Of a stretch of DNA of 64,000 nucleotides, positions 29,183-40,070 are shown piece by piece (the first letter of the stretch is position 1; each line of letters starts with the position of its first letter). This DNA is from Candidatus Woykebacteria bacterium RBG_13_40_15 (lineage in GTDB: Bacteria; Patescibacteriota; Microgenomatia; Woykebacterales; RBG-16-39-9b): positions 27,068 through 91,067 of the forward strand of contig MHCP01000014.1 in assembly GCA_001816655.1 (NCBI GenBank), written 5' to 3'. A program made the position numbers and the translations under genes. Under the pieces are notes generated by a model. That model saw only the letters and a list, made by a program, of their open reading frames with translations. It was not told the origin of the DNA and did no database searches.

Positions 29183-29702
29183 GCTCCTTACCGAGCAACT
29201 GCCTTTGGCTTTGTCCTTTGCCATCACCGCCCACTCGGAATCTCCTAGGAGACCGGACAAAGCACTGCGGAGGCACGACGGCAGAACGCCTTACTACGTG
29301 CACCCTCTTTGGGGCGCAATGACTGTCCTCCAAGAGCCAAACTTGCCCTTTCAAGTGAGAATCCTTGGCGCGCATGTTCTTGCGTTCCACGACGTTCTGG
29401 AAGATACTACAGCGGAGCTTCCCGACTGGGTGCGTCCGCTTGTGAAGGAAGGCGTTGAGCAGATGACCTTCACAGACTTCGCGGAGGAGAGGCGATTGGT
29501 TTGGGGAAAGCCTGAGTGGATCTGGCTCCTCAAGCTGTACGACAAGGTCAGTAATCTCCTCGATGGATGGCCATGGATGCGTACCAAGGGTGAGGAGTAC
29601 ACTACTGCCTATAAAGCCTTCACTCTGGAACTAGCTAGAAGAGTGCGTGAGCACTTCGGCGAACTCCAGATCCTTAAGATTGCAGAAGCAATTTGCAAGT
29701 GA
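29163..29702 (+). CDS. HD-domain hydrolase (Mesh1/SpoT-like); start uncertain
   Basis: RRHDGRTPYYVHP, HDVLEDT and KLYDKVSNL motifs. Confidence 0.75.
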   Translation: MSEEALELLTEQLPLALSFAITAHSESPRRPDKALRRHDGRTPYYVHPLWGAMTVLQEPNLPFQVRILGAHVLAFHDVLEDTTAELPDWVRPLVKEGVEQMTFTDFAEERRLVWGKPEWIWLLKLYDKVSNLLDGWPWMRTKGEEYTTAYKAFTLELARRVREHFGELQILKIAEAICK

Positions 29703-29724
29703 AGGAATCGGAAGATCGAGGGAG

Positions 29725-29768
29725 GAGCCCCGCTCTGTTGCAGAGATGCAGTAGTAGCGGGGCTTTTC
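29725..29768 (+). terminator. Intrinsic terminator closing the GC-rich island
   Basis: AGCCCCGCT..AGCGGGGCT followed by a short T run. Confidence 0.6.
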
Positions 29769-29801
29769 GTTTGGGAAAAAATCAGGTAAAATTTTCTAGA
29801 A

Positions 29802-31502
29802 ATGGAAAATAAATTTACAAACAAGGAAGTAGCAGCGTTATTGCGAAATGTTTCAGCTGCATACCAAGTTAAAGGACTCAACTATTTTCAAATACGTGCC
29901 TACGATACTGCTTCAGATGCTATAGAAAATACAGCTTCTGATATCAAGACTCTATGGGAACAAGGGAAACTCGATCAGATTCCGGGTATTGGTACTCACA
30001 TAGCAAATTACTTAGATGAGTATCTTACAACAGGTAAAGTTCGCCACTTCGAATCCGTTTTCAGACAAGTGCCAGAAGATATGTTCCGATTCCTCAAAAT
30101 CCCAGGTGTCGGCCCAAAAACCGCAGTTAAAATAGCAAATAGCGGGGTTGTGAGCATAAAAGATCTCGAGGAAAGAATTAAGAGTGGTTGGTTACTCAAG
30201 CATGACTTTGGTCAAAAAACCCTTGATAATATTTTGCGAGGAATAGAAGAGTTCAATCGAAAAAGCGATCGCTACTTGCTTCCAATAGCCGGAGAAATAG
30301 CAAAAGATGTAGTTAATTACTTGAAGCAAAATAAAGACGTTGTTTACGCAGATCCTCTAGGCAGTCTTAGGCGGAGATTATCAACTGTTGGCGACATCGA
30401 TATTGCTGCTGCTACAAGAAATCCAAAAGGTGTCTTAAACCATTTCGTAAAATACCCAGGTATTCACGAAGTAATTGAGAAGGGTGACACAACAGCTACT
30501 ATTCTGCATGGAAGTGGCATCCATGCTGACCTTATGGTACAACCACCAAATCACTATGGTTCTCTTCTGCAACACTTTACAGGCTCGAAAAGCCACAATA
30601 TTCATCTCCGTTCCTTAGCAAAAGAAAAGGGCTACTCAATATCAGAGTATGGTGTAAAAGAAATTAAAAGTGGAAAGAGCCTCGAATTTGAAAAAGAGGA
30701 GGGAATATACAAGCTTTTAGGCATGGAAACACCAATACCAGAAATCCGCGAAGATACTGGGGAGATTGAGGCAGCACTCGAAAATAAAATTCCAAGATTA
30801 ATCGACTTAAAAGACATCAAAGGAGATTTACATACCCATTCTTCCTGGAGTGATGGGCAAAATACTATTTCGGAAATGGCAGAGGCTGCAGCGCAACTGG
30901 GTAGAGAGTACATTGCCCTAACAGATCATAGTTACCCGAGCCTTAAGTTTGAGCAGAGGATAAAAGACATAGAACAATTTAATTACTCACAAGATAAAAT
31001 TAGAGTAATTTATGGACTCGAAGTAAATATAAATGTTGATGCAACATTACAAATAGCAGATGAGATACTAGAAAGACACGAGTTAATTTTGGTTTCTATA
31101 CACACTAGCTTTAGGCAGGAAAAGGACTTGATGACGAAGAGAATAATTAAGGCTTTGGAGAACCCTAACGTTGACATATTCGCTCATCCAACCGGAAGAC
31201 TTTTATTAGAGCGAGAAGGTATTGAAGCTGATTGGGAGCAAATTTTCAAGGTAGCAGCAAGGACTGGTACATTGATTGAAATTGACGCATATCCAAATAG
31301 ATTGGACCTTCCAGACACGTTAGTTAGGGAAGCTAAGCGTTTTGGGGTTCGGTTTACAATTTGTACTGATGCGCACCATACGGATCAGTTAAATTTGATG
31401 GAATATGGAATTTCAGTGGCTAGAAGAGGTTGGTTAGAACCAAAAGACGTAGTTAATACCTTGCCGTTCGAGAAGCTACGAGATATACTTAAATTCGATT
31501 AA
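29802..31502 (+). CDS. polX: DNA polymerase X with PHP domain
   Basis: HhH motifs IPGIG and IPGVG, GSLRR, GDIDI, FTGSKSHN, DLHTHS, TDHS and TDAH. Confidence 0.93.
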   Translation: MENKFTNKEVAALLRNVSAAYQVKGLNYFQIRAYDTASDAIENTASDIKTLWEQGKLDQIPGIGTHIANYLDEYLTTGKVRHFESVFRQVPEDMFRFLKIPGVGPKTAVKIANSGVVSIKDLEERIKSGWLLKHDFGQKTLDNILRGIEEFNRKSDRYLLPIAGEIAKDVVNYLKQNKDVVYADPLGSLRRRLSTVGDIDIAAATRNPKGVLNHFVKYPGIHEVIEKGDTTATILHGSGIHADLMVQPPNHYGSLLQHFTGSKSHNIHLRSLAKEKGYSISEYGVKEIKSGKSLEFEKEEGIYKLLGMETPIPEIREDTGEIEAALENKIPRLIDLKDIKGDLHTHSSWSDGQNTISEMAEAAAQLGREYIALTDHSYPSLKFEQRIKDIEQFNYSQDKIRVIYGLEVNINVDATLQIADEILERHELILVSIHTSFRQEKDLMTKRIIKALENPNVDIFAHPTGRLLLEREGIEADWEQIFKVAARTGTLIEIDAYPNRLDLPDTLVREAKRFGVRFTICTDAHHTDQLNLMEYGISVARRGWLEPKDVVNTLPFEKLRDILKFD

Positions 31503-31526
31503 AACCTTGAGGGGAGGTGACAGCAT

Positions 31527-32084
31527 TTGAGTCTGCCAATTATTATAGCAATCGTTATTATTTTGGCGATTGTGCTCTATATTTTTGCTCTTTATAACGG
31601 TTTAATTACTAGCCGACTTAGAGTTAACGAATCTTGGAGCGGAATTGACGTACAGCTAAAAAGAAGAACAGATCTGATTCCTAATCTTGTAGAAACTGTT
31701 AAAGGTTACGCTAAACATGAGCGAGAGGTCTTTGAGAACGTGACACAGGCGAGAAGCGCTCTTTTGGGAGCTACTGGTGCAAAAGCGGCTGCTTCTGCGG
31801 ATAATATGCTTACTGGAGCATTGAAGTCTCTCTTCGCAGTCGCAGAAAACTACCCAACATTGAGAGCAAGCGAAAACTTCAAACAATTACAAGAGGAACT
31901 ATCTGATACTGAAACAAAGGTAGCTGCTTCAAGACAATTCTATAATTCAAACGTTTTGGATTATAATACTAAGATTCAAGTGTTCCCAAATGTCTTGATA
32001 GCTGGGATGTTGAGCTTTAAACCGGCTGAGTTTTTTGAGGCTGAAGAAGCTGAGCGCAAGCCTGTCAATGTCAAATTCGAATAG
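31527..32084 (+). CDS. lemA: LemA family protein
   Basis: [19 protein letters not shown] and AVAENYP motifs. Confidence 0.95.
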   Translation: MSLPIIIAIVIILAIVLYIFALYNGLITSRLRVNESWSGIDVQLKRRTDLIPNLVETVKGYAKHEREVFENVTQARSALLGATGAKAAASADNMLTGALKSLFAVAENYPTLRASENFKQLQEELSDTETKVAASRQFYNSNVLDYNTKIQVFPNVLIAGMLSFKPAEFFEAEEAERKPVNVKFE

Positions 32085-32148
32085 AATAAAGAGAAATTAA
32101 AGCAGATTTGGTCAAAGGTGGTTTTTTAAAGATTGTTTAGGCAGGATT

Positions 32149-33066
32149 ATGGTGGCAACCACTTACAATCAAATAGACGCTAATCGGCGTAGAACACTCC
32201 TATTAATGGTAGGTTTTAGTTTTTTTATTGTAGTAGTGGCCTACATTTTAGTGAGAGCTTTGGGTTATCAAGGTGTAGGGGCTTTAAGTTTTGTTGGAAT
32301 ATTTTTAGTTGTTTCCGGATTAATTAATTTAGCTTCTTACTATTGGTCGGACAAGTTAGTTTTAGGGCTAGCAGGCGCAAAGGAAATACAAAAAAAGGAT
32401 AATCCGGAGGTTTATAGAGCAGTTGAGAATCTTTGTATTGCCGATGGTCTGCCTACCCCAAAGGTTTATATAATTGATGATCCCGCTCCAAATGCGTTTG
32501 CTACAGGTAGAGATCCGAAACATTCAGTGATAGCGGTTACTACTGGATTACTTAATCGCTTGGAAAAACTTGAGCTTGAAGGTGTTATTGCCCATGAGCT
32601 TTCCCATGTAAAAAATTATGATACAAGACTTATGAGTATTGTGGTTGTTTTAGTTGGATTATTAGCTGTTTTAGCAGATTTTTTCTTTAGATCTATGTGG
32701 TGGGGGCGTAGTGCCGACAATAGAAACAGCGGGGGTGCCATTTTTTTGGTTTTAGGAATTGTAGCCGCGATTTTTGCTCCAATTGCTGCGAATTTGATAA
32801 AATTAGCGGTATCCCGAAGGCGGGAATTTTTAGCTGACTCTTCTGGCGCGCTTCTAACTCGTTATCCTGAAGGATTAGCGTCTGCCTTAGTGAAGATATC
32901 TGCAGACCCAAACACTTTAAAGGGAGCTAATACGGCGACTGCACATCTCTATATTTCAAATCCATTTAAAGGAAAACAATCAACAAATTGGCTAGTGAAA
33001 CTGTTTAGTACACACCCCCCGGTGGAGGAAAGAGTAGCTGCTTTGAAAGGAATGGAAATGCCATGA
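32149..33066 (+). CDS. htpX: Zinc metalloprotease HtpX (M48)
   Basis: PNAFATG, HELSH, REFLAD and STHPP motifs. Confidence 0.93.
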   Translation: MVATTYNQIDANRRRTLLLMVGFSFFIVVVAYILVRALGYQGVGALSFVGIFLVVSGLINLASYYWSDKLVLGLAGAKEIQKKDNPEVYRAVENLCIADGLPTPKVYIIDDPAPNAFATGRDPKHSVIAVTTGLLNRLEKLELEGVIAHELSHVKNYDTRLMSIVVVLVGLLAVLADFFFRSMWWGRSADNRNSGGAIFLVLGIVAAIFAPIAANLIKLAVSRRREFLADSSGALLTRYPEGLASALVKISADPNTLKGANTATAHLYISNPFKGKQSTNWLVKLFSTHPPVEERVAALKGMEMP

Positions 33067-33365
33067 GGAAAAAAATTAGTTTGGAAGACGCAAGATATGT
33101 TGCAAAATTAGCCAACATACCCTTGACAGAAAGTCAGCTAGAAAAATTCACCTCCCAAGTTTCTGAAGTGATTGAATTTAACATGTCACTTTTGGAAAAA
33201 GTAAATACGGAAAAAATAGAACCGACAGCGCATGTAACAGGAGTTTCAAACAAACTGCGAAAAGATGAAACAGAGCAAAGATTAAGCTCTGACGAAGCTC
33301 TGCAAAATGCTAAAAGTAAACATAATGGATTTTTTAAAGTAAAGGCCATTCTAGAACCCAGCTAA
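33063..33365 (+). CDS. gatC: Asp/Glu-tRNA amidotransferase subunit C
   Basis: VAKLA, EPT, LRKD and FKV motifs; directly upstream of gatA. Confidence 0.88.
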   Translation: MRKKISLEDARYVAKLANIPLTESQLEKFTSQVSEVIEFNMSLLEKVNTEKIEPTAHVTGVSNKLRKDETEQRLSSDEALQNAKSKHNGFFKVKAILEPS

Positions 33366-33367
33366 TC

Positions 33368-34780
33368 ATGAACGATCTCTTCAAACTAACACTAAAGCAA
33401 GCTGCTGAAGGTTTAAAAACTAAAGAATTTTCTTCTAAAGAACTTACGACGTCTGTTTTAGACAGAATAAAAAAAATAGACCCGAAGATTGGCTCATTTC
33501 TTTTAGTCACTGAGAGCATCGCTTTTAAACAAGCAGAAAAAGCTGATAAACTTATTTCTGAAAATCAAATCTTAAGTTACTTAACCGGTATTCCTTTTGC
33601 CCTTAAAGATATTATTGTTACCAAAGATATTAAAACTACGGCCGGCTCCAAAATACTTTCTGATTTCATTCCCCCGTACTCCGCTACTGTTTACGAAAAG
33701 CTTGAAGGACAGTCTGCGGTATTAGTGGGCAAGACTAATTTGGATGAGTTTGGTATGGGAGCTAGTACTGAAAATTCTGCTTACCAAGTTACAAAGAATC
33801 CTTGGGATTTATCTTGCGTTCCAGGTGGAAGTAGCGGTGGTTCTGCTGCTGCAATTGCCGCCGATCTAGCTATTTATTCAATTGGCGCAGATACCGGCGG
33901 TAGTGTAAGGCAGCCTTCAAGTTTGTGTGGTGTAGTTGGATTAAAACCAACCTACGGTAGAATTAGCCGCTACGGTTTAATTGCTATGGCTTCTTCTCTT
34001 GATCAAATAGGAGTAATTACAAAGAATGCTGAGGATGCCGCATTAGCCCTTAAAGAAATTTCCGGTTATGATAGCCGTGATTCCAATTCTGTAGAAAAAG
34101 AAGTACCAGATTACGAAAAGTTTCTCAAAGACGACCTAAAAGGGTTAAAAATTGGAGTGCCGAAAGAATTTTTAAGCGAGGGTGTTGATATTAAAGTAAA
34201 GGAGACAATCAAAAGAGCCTTTACCCAACTAGAAAAAATAGGTGCAAAGTTAATCGATTTATCACTACCCCGCTTGAAGGAAGCAATTGCGGTTTACTAT
34301 TTGATTATGCCAAGTGAAGTTTCAGCAAATATGGCGCGGTTTGATGGAATTCGTTTTGGGAAAGAACGAGGCGAATTTGGGCCTGAGGTAAAAAGAAGAA
34401 TAATGCTCGGTACATACGCACTGTCGTCAGGTTACTACGACGCCTATTATCTAAAGGCAGCAAAAGTAAGAACCTTGATCCGCGAAGAATTTAAGAGTGC
34501 TTTTGAAAAGGTGGATGTTATTGCTGGCCCGACGTCTCCTGTTTTGCCTTTTAAAATCGGTGAAAGAGCTGACGACCCACTGCAAATGTATCTAGCCGAT
34601 ATTTTAACTGTCCCTGTAAATCTTGCCGGAGTGCCAGCAATCTCAATTCCGTGTGGGTTGGTTGACGGGTTACCAGTAGGCTTACAAATAATTGGAGATC
34701 ATTGGCAGGAAGGTAAGATTTTAAATACAGCCTTTGCTTACGAAAAAAATTATCCTTTCAATGATAAACCTAAATTATGA
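33368..34780 (+). CDS. gatA: Asp/Glu-tRNA amidotransferase subunit A
   Basis: [20 protein letters not shown] and [11 protein letters not shown] motifs. Confidence 0.96.
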   Translation: MNDLFKLTLKQAAEGLKTKEFSSKELTTSVLDRIKKIDPKIGSFLLVTESIAFKQAEKADKLISENQILSYLTGIPFALKDIIVTKDIKTTAGSKILSDFIPPYSATVYEKLEGQSAVLVGKTNLDEFGMGASTENSAYQVTKNPWDLSCVPGGSSGGSAAAIAADLAIYSIGADTGGSVRQPSSLCGVVGLKPTYGRISRYGLIAMASSLDQIGVITKNAEDAALALKEISGYDSRDSNSVEKEVPDYEKFLKDDLKGLKIGVPKEFLSEGVDIKVKETIKRAFTQLEKIGAKLIDLSLPRLKEAIAVYYLIMPSEVSANMARFDGIRFGKERGEFGPEVKRRIMLGTYALSSGYYDAYYLKAAKVRTLIREEFKSAFEKVDVIAGPTSPVLPFKIGERADDPLQMYLADILTVPVNLAGVPAISIPCGLVDGLPVGLQIIGDHWQEGKILNTAFAYEKNYPFNDKPKL

Positions 34781-35187
34781 GTTTTTTAAGTAAATTATTT
34801 AATTTTAATAAATCGGCGGTGGGTAGATCTTATAGGTCGGCTGTTAATTCGGTTGATAGGCAGAAAATTTTAGACAGATGGAAGGTTATAGAGGAATTAA
34901 AAATTACAGGAAAACCATCAGCCTTCAAGGAAGCGGTGATTGAAGCTGATAAACTGGTAGATTTTGCTTTAAGTTGTATTTATCCTTCGGTTGGAGTTTC
35001 TGTTGAAAGATTGAAACAAGCGAAAGAGCTTTTTATCTCAGATAAGCAAGATTACGAGAATCTTTGGTATGCACACAAAATTAGAAATGAGCTGGTTCAC
35101 AAAGTCGGCTTTGACCTACCAAGTATAGAAGCCAAAAACATCTTGGATTATTTCAAAAAAGCGTTGGAGATAATCGGCGGCTTATGA
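34777..35187 (+). CDS. Hypothetical helical protein with a HEPN-like RxxxxH motif
   Basis: [20 protein letters not shown]; overlaps both gatA and gatB. Confidence 0.7.
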   Translation: MSFLSKLFNFNKSAVGRSYRSAVNSVDRQKILDRWKVIEELKITGKPSAFKEAVIEADKLVDFALSCIYPSVGVSVERLKQAKELFISDKQDYENLWYAHKIRNELVHKVGFDLPSIEAKNILDYFKKALEIIGGL

Positions 35188-36635
35188 GAACCTATTTAAC
35201 AACAATTGGGTTAGAGGTTCATGTACAACTAAAAACTGCTTCAAAAATGTTTTGCACCAATTCCGCTGAGTATTTTGGGGCACAACCAAACAGCCATGTT
35301 TGCCCAGTTTGTTTAGGACTGCCTGGAGCACTCCCTGTGGCAAATGAAAAAGCTATTGAGTCTGTGACTCGGTTTGCACTAGCTTTGAATTGCCGCATTA
35401 ACAAACAGAGCAAGTTTGATCGAAAGAATTACTTTTATCCCGATTTACCAAAAGGTTACCAGATATCTCAATTCGACTTACCAATTGGAGAACAAGGCTG
35501 GCTAGAGTTGGATGGTAAAAAAATCGGAATAACTAGAGTTCATCTTGAGGAAGATACAGGAAAACTCATACACGCAAATGTAAATGGGGAAAAAGTAAGC
35601 CTTATAGATTTTAACCGTTCTGGTGTCCCACTAATGGAAATAGTTACTGAGCCAGATATAGAAAGCCCTGAGGAAGCACGTTCCTTTTCAAAATTAATTC
35701 ACCAAATTGCACGATACTTAGAAGTTTCTAATGCAGACATGGAGAAGGCTGGGATGAGATTTGATGCCAATGTTTCTATACGTCCTAGAGGTGCTACCAA
35801 ACTTGGGAATAAGGTTGAAATAAAGAACATTAACTCCTTTAGATTTCTAGAAAAGGCCCTTGCTTATGAAATAGGACGACAAGTAGAGATTCTAGAGTCT
35901 GGTGGGAAAATTATTCAAGAGACGAGAGGTTGGGTGGAGTCAAAAAACGTTACAGTTTCTCAGCGAACAAAGGAAACCAGCCCCGATTATAGATATTTTC
36001 CAGAACCAGACTTACCACCTTTAGTTTTTGAACAGGCCCAAATTGAAGCTTTAAAAAACTCCCTACCCGAATTGCCGGCCGAAAAGAGCAAAAGATTCGA
36101 GGAAGAATATTCTCTGGATAAAAAATATGTTCGTATTTTGACTGAGGATAGTAATGTTGCTCAATGGTATGAAAAAGCACTGTCTTTGTACTCAAAAGAA
36201 AAATCAAAAATTCTTGCCAATTGGGTTGTCGAAGAATTATTAAGAATCATTCACGATAAAAATTTAATTATTAATGGGGTACCTATAGAACCGGCAGGTT
36301 TAATTGAGCTTTTAACAATTTTAGATAAGGGTGAAATAAATCAAACTACGGCTAGGAGGGTTTTAGTTCGTATGTTTGAAACAGGAAATTTGCCATCCCG
36401 AATTGTAAATGAAGAAAATTTGGCTCAGCTTTCAAAAAGTGAGGATTTGGAATCTGTGGTCGAGGAAATAATTCGGGAAAATCAGAAAGCTGTTAAGGAT
36501 TTTAAAAACGGAAAAGAAGCTTCAATTGGGTTCCTAGTTGGACAAATAATGAGTAAGACCAAAGGTCAAGCCAATCCAAAGACAGCAGAAACTTTGGTGA
36601 GGAAGAAAATTTATGGAAACCAAAGTGGAAGTTAA
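35184..36635 (+). CDS. gatB: Asp/Glu-tRNA amidotransferase subunit B
   Basis: IGLEVHVQL, RKNYFYPDLPKGYQISQ and YRYFPEPDLP motifs. Confidence 0.97.
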   Translation: MRTYLTTIGLEVHVQLKTASKMFCTNSAEYFGAQPNSHVCPVCLGLPGALPVANEKAIESVTRFALALNCRINKQSKFDRKNYFYPDLPKGYQISQFDLPIGEQGWLELDGKKIGITRVHLEEDTGKLIHANVNGEKVSLIDFNRSGVPLMEIVTEPDIESPEEARSFSKLIHQIARYLEVSNADMEKAGMRFDANVSIRPRGATKLGNKVEIKNINSFRFLEKALAYEIGRQVEILESGGKIIQETRGWVESKNVTVSQRTKETSPDYRYFPEPDLPPLVFEQAQIEALKNSLPELPAEKSKRFEEEYSLDKKYVRILTEDSNVAQWYEKALSLYSKEKSKILANWVVEELLRIIHDKNLIINGVPIEPAGLIELLTILDKGEINQTTARRVLVRMFETGNLPSRIVNEENLAQLSKSEDLESVVEEIIRENQKAVKDFKNGKEASIGFLVGQIMSKTKGQANPKTAETLVRKKIYGNQSGS

Positions 36636-38409
36636 ATATACATTTGTTCAGAAAGATGGAGATCTTCAAAAAATTATCCCGGAGTTAGAGAGTGAACCAA
36701 TCATTGCTCTCGATACGGAAGGAAGCGATCTTGATCCCTACAAAGCTAGGCTTCTTTTGTTACAAATAGCGGTAAAAGATAAGACATATGTAATAGACTG
36801 TACGAAGGTAGATATCTCGCCGCTAAAAAATTTGCTTGAAGGAGAGCGGCCTCTAAAAATAGCCCAGAACTCAAAATTCGATTATGAACTACTAAGGGTA
36901 AAAGCGAATATTAAATTGGGAAATTTATTTGATACTATGCTGGCGGAAAGGATACTTACTTGTGGAGTTTCCCGAGAGATTTCCCTAAAGACCTTGGCGG
37001 CTAAATACCTAAATATGCAGATAGATAAGACTATAAGAGACACTTTCTCTGATCTTTCCAACCCTGCATTGAGAGGTAATTTTTCGAAGGGACAGTTAGA
37101 TTACGCTGCACGGGATGTCCAGGTTTTACTTGAAATTTTTAGCAAACAGTATAAGCAACTGAAGGACGATGAGCTAATAGAAACAGCAAAGCTAGAGTTT
37201 GCAGTAGTTCCAGTTGTTTCAGAAATGGAACTATACGGCTCCCTGATAGATAAAGAAAAATGGTCAGAACATATAAAAGAATTGAAGATAAAAAGAGACC
37301 AAATAAATAAGGAAATTCAAGATCAAATTAGGCACCTATCTCCGTACTCCCAGGTAGATCTTTTTGGTAACGTCAGTGATACAGTAAACCTTGATAGTCC
37401 TATCCAACTCTTGGAAATCTTTAAGAAATTGGGAGAAAATCTAGAAAATACAGCGGAGAGTACGCTACAAAAATCAACTCACGAACTTGCAAAAAAACTT
37501 CTTGAATATCGTGGTTATGAAAAAATGATTACGGCCTTTGGTCAAACCATTTTGGATAAGATAAATCCAATTACTGGCAGGCTCCATCCTGATTTTATTC
37601 AAATTGGAGCAGATACGGGTAGATTTGCTTGTAATAATCCTAATCTTCAGCAAATACCAGCCGACAGTGGATTTAGAAGCTGTTTTGTGGCAAAAAAAGG
37701 ATACAAATTGATAACGGCAGATTATTCTCAGATTGAACTTCGAATCATGGCAGAGGTTTCCGAGGATAATGCTTTTCTAGAGGCATTTGAAAAGGATTTA
37801 GACCTTCACTCCTTGACTGCCAGCCAGATGTTTAGAGTCCCATTGGAAAAAGTTGATAAAGATAAACGTTTTCAAGCAAAATCAATTAACTTTGGCCTGA
37901 TGTATGGTAGGGGACCTGCTTCTTTGGCAAATCAAATTGGACTGTCCGTTGAAGAAAGTAGGAAATTGTTAGACGTTTATTTTTCTAGCTACAAAAAAGT
38001 TAAAAGATGGCTTGATGTAGTTGGTAGGCAGGCTGTTCGTTATGGTTCGGTCCGGACACTTGGAGGCCGAAAAAGAGTTTTTATAATTCCAGAAAGGAAC
38101 CACCCTGATTATGATAAGCTTATTTCGTCAATCGAAAGACAGGGTAAAAATACACCAATACAAGGAACAAGTGCTGATATTACCAAGCACGCCCTAGTTT
38201 ATATTCACAGAGAGTTGGAAAAAAGAAATCTTGACGCGCATCTCATTCATACCGTTCACGATGAAATTGTTGTTGAGGCTAGGGATGATTCAACAAGTGA
38301 GGTTATGAAAATTATAGAACATAAAATGATCGAAGCTGGCGAAAAGCTTCTCAAAAGGGTTCCGGTAAAAGTAGATATTCATATTTCAGATTGCTGGGAA
38401 AAAGGCTAA
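36613..38409 (+). CDS. polA: Family A DNA polymerase (3'-5' exonuclease plus polymerase, no 5'-3' nuclease domain)
   Basis: ALDTE, DTML, YAARD, TGRF, NLQQIP, ADYSQIELR, AKSINFGLMYG and VHDE motifs. Confidence 0.9.
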   Translation: METKVEVKYTFVQKDGDLQKIIPELESEPIIALDTEGSDLDPYKARLLLLQIAVKDKTYVIDCTKVDISPLKNLLEGERPLKIAQNSKFDYELLRVKANIKLGNLFDTMLAERILTCGVSREISLKTLAAKYLNMQIDKTIRDTFSDLSNPALRGNFSKGQLDYAARDVQVLLEIFSKQYKQLKDDELIETAKLEFAVVPVVSEMELYGSLIDKEKWSEHIKELKIKRDQINKEIQDQIRHLSPYSQVDLFGNVSDTVNLDSPIQLLEIFKKLGENLENTAESTLQKSTHELAKKLLEYRGYEKMITAFGQTILDKINPITGRLHPDFIQIGADTGRFACNNPNLQQIPADSGFRSCFVAKKGYKLITADYSQIELRIMAEVSEDNAFLEAFEKDLDLHSLTASQMFRVPLEKVDKDKRFQAKSINFGLMYGRGPASLANQIGLSVEESRKLLDVYFSSYKKVKRWLDVVGRQAVRYGSVRTLGGRKRVFIIPERNHPDYDKLISSIERQGKNTPIQGTSADITKHALVYIHRELEKRNLDAHLIHTVHDEIVVEARDDSTSEVMKIIEHKMIEAGEKLLKRVPVKVDIHISDCWEKG

Positions 38410-38452
38410 TTTCCTTGCTACAAATTGCAGCCTTTAGTATAATAATTTATAC

Positions 38453-39442
38453 ATGGCTCCCTTGCCCAAAGAAATCAATAATTTAAAAGAAATACTAACA
38501 AAGATATTTATTCCTCACCATAAAAATAACCATAGGCCGTATGTGCTGCAGAGTAGTGGCTTAACTGTTTTTTTACTCGTTCTTCTTGTTGGGCAAGGCG
38601 TTGCTAATTTTCAATCAGGTAGCGTTAAAATACTTGGCTACGCTACTAATATTTCTCGATCGGAAATAATCCGTCTAACAAATATTGAACGGAGTAAAGC
38701 GGGGTTCCCTCAACTTTCAGAAAATTCTTCCCTTGATAAAGCAGCGACTTTTAAAGCCGGAGATATGTTTGCTAAAAATTATTGGGCTCATTATGCTCCG
38801 GATGGCACTAGCCCCTGGTACTTTTTCAATTTGGTTGGTTACCAGTATTCCACAGCAGGAGAAAACCTCGCTCGTGATTTTTCGACTTCTGGTGGGGTGG
38901 TGACAGCATGGATGGCAAGTCCTGGGCATAGGGCAAACATTTTACACGCAAGTTTTACGGAAATTGGTGTTGCTGTTGTAAATGGAAGTTTGCAAGGGGG
39001 AGAAACAACTTTAGTTGTCCAACTTTTTGGTAGGCCAGTAGCTTCTGCTGCGCCCTCAGCCTCTGCAAATCCCAGTCAACAGGGAACCTCGGCCCAATCT
39101 TCAATTCAAGGAACACCGTCGAAACTAGAGGCAAAATTACAGTTTCCCTCATCCACTAAAAGCGCGACAAGAACAGTTGCAGGAAATGTTGGCAGTGAAA
39201 GTACTCCTTTGTCTACACAGCAAGGGGGACAACCGATTTTATCAGTGTTTCAAAACGCGAGTTCTAGCCAGAAAGTTACACTTGCCCTGCTTTTGATAAT
39301 TTCAGTGTTTTTATTAATTGATTCGATCATTTTATATAGGAGAAGGCAGATGCGGGTGGGTAGCCACTCATTTGCGCATTTGTCAGTTTTATTAATACTT
39401 CTAGTTGTCTGCTTATTATATGGAAAAGGACTTATACTTTAA
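38453..39442 (+). CDS. CAP-domain membrane protein
   Basis: LTNIER, YWAH, AGENLA and WMASPGHRANIL motifs. Confidence 0.88.
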   Translation: MAPLPKEINNLKEILTKIFIPHHKNNHRPYVLQSSGLTVFLLVLLVGQGVANFQSGSVKILGYATNISRSEIIRLTNIERSKAGFPQLSENSSLDKAATFKAGDMFAKNYWAHYAPDGTSPWYFFNLVGYQYSTAGENLARDFSTSGGVVTAWMASPGHRANILHASFTEIGVAVVNGSLQGGETTLVVQLFGRPVASAAPSASANPSQQGTSAQSSIQGTPSKLEAKLQFPSSTKSATRTVAGNVGSESTPLSTQQGGQPILSVFQNASSSQKVTLALLLIISVFLLIDSIILYRRRQMRVGSHSFAHLSVLLILLVVCLLYGKGLIL

Positions 39443-39701
39443 TTGGCATAAATACTATAGGGAGCATCTTTTGCAATATCTTTTGGTTGTTATAGTTTTT
39501 GTGTTTTCCTTGTTTTTGCTCCTGCAACTGAAGGATTTTTTATATAAATCTTTGGTCGTCGGCTTTCTCTCTATCTTTTACCTAACTTTTGGGATTTGGC
39601 ACCACTGGGAAGAAAAAAACCTCAGATTGGGTCACGTTTTGGAGTATTTGATAGTCTCCACTATTATTTTTGTTGTTTTATATTCCGTCTTTCTTTCTTA
39701 A
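39420..39701 (+). CDS. Small hydrophobic membrane protein
   Basis: Three TM segments; GIWHH..LEY motif. Confidence 0.6.
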   Translation: MEKDLYFNWHKYYREHLLQYLLVVIVFVFSLFLLLQLKDFLYKSLVVGFLSIFYLTFGIWHHWEEKNLRLGHVLEYLIVSTIIFVVLYSVFLS

Positions 39702-39753
39702 AGCGATTGACAAAATCGGTTTTTAACAATAGAATCTTCTCTCGGAGCAGTTT

Positions 39754-40065
39754 ATGGAAAATAAAGATGAAGTACAAATATCTCCTGGCGATTTGATTCG
39801 GGTAGATGCCAAAGTCAAAGAAGGTGGGAAAGAAAGAATACAAAGCTTTGAAGGCACTATTATCTCTATTCGTGGCACAGGAGACTCCAAGACCTTTACT
39901 GTAAGAAAGATTGCAAGCGGTGGGATTGGTGTAGAGCGGATATGGCCATTGAACTCCCCTACGATTAGTAAAATAAAAGTTATTAAAAGCCGGAAGCAGA
40001 AAAAAGCAAAGTTATTTTACATTAGAGGACTTGCGGGTAAAGAAGCAACAGGTAAGTATTTATAG
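39754..40065 (+). CDS. rplS: 50S ribosomal protein L19
   Basis: PGD, KERIQSFEG, TFTVRKI..GVER and AKLFYIR motifs. Confidence 0.96.
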   Translation: MENKDEVQISPGDLIRVDAKVKEGGKERIQSFEGTIISIRGTGDSKTFTVRKIASGGIGVERIWPLNSPTISKIKVIKSRKQKKAKLFYIRGLAGKEATGKYL

Positions 40066-40070
40066 GCCTT

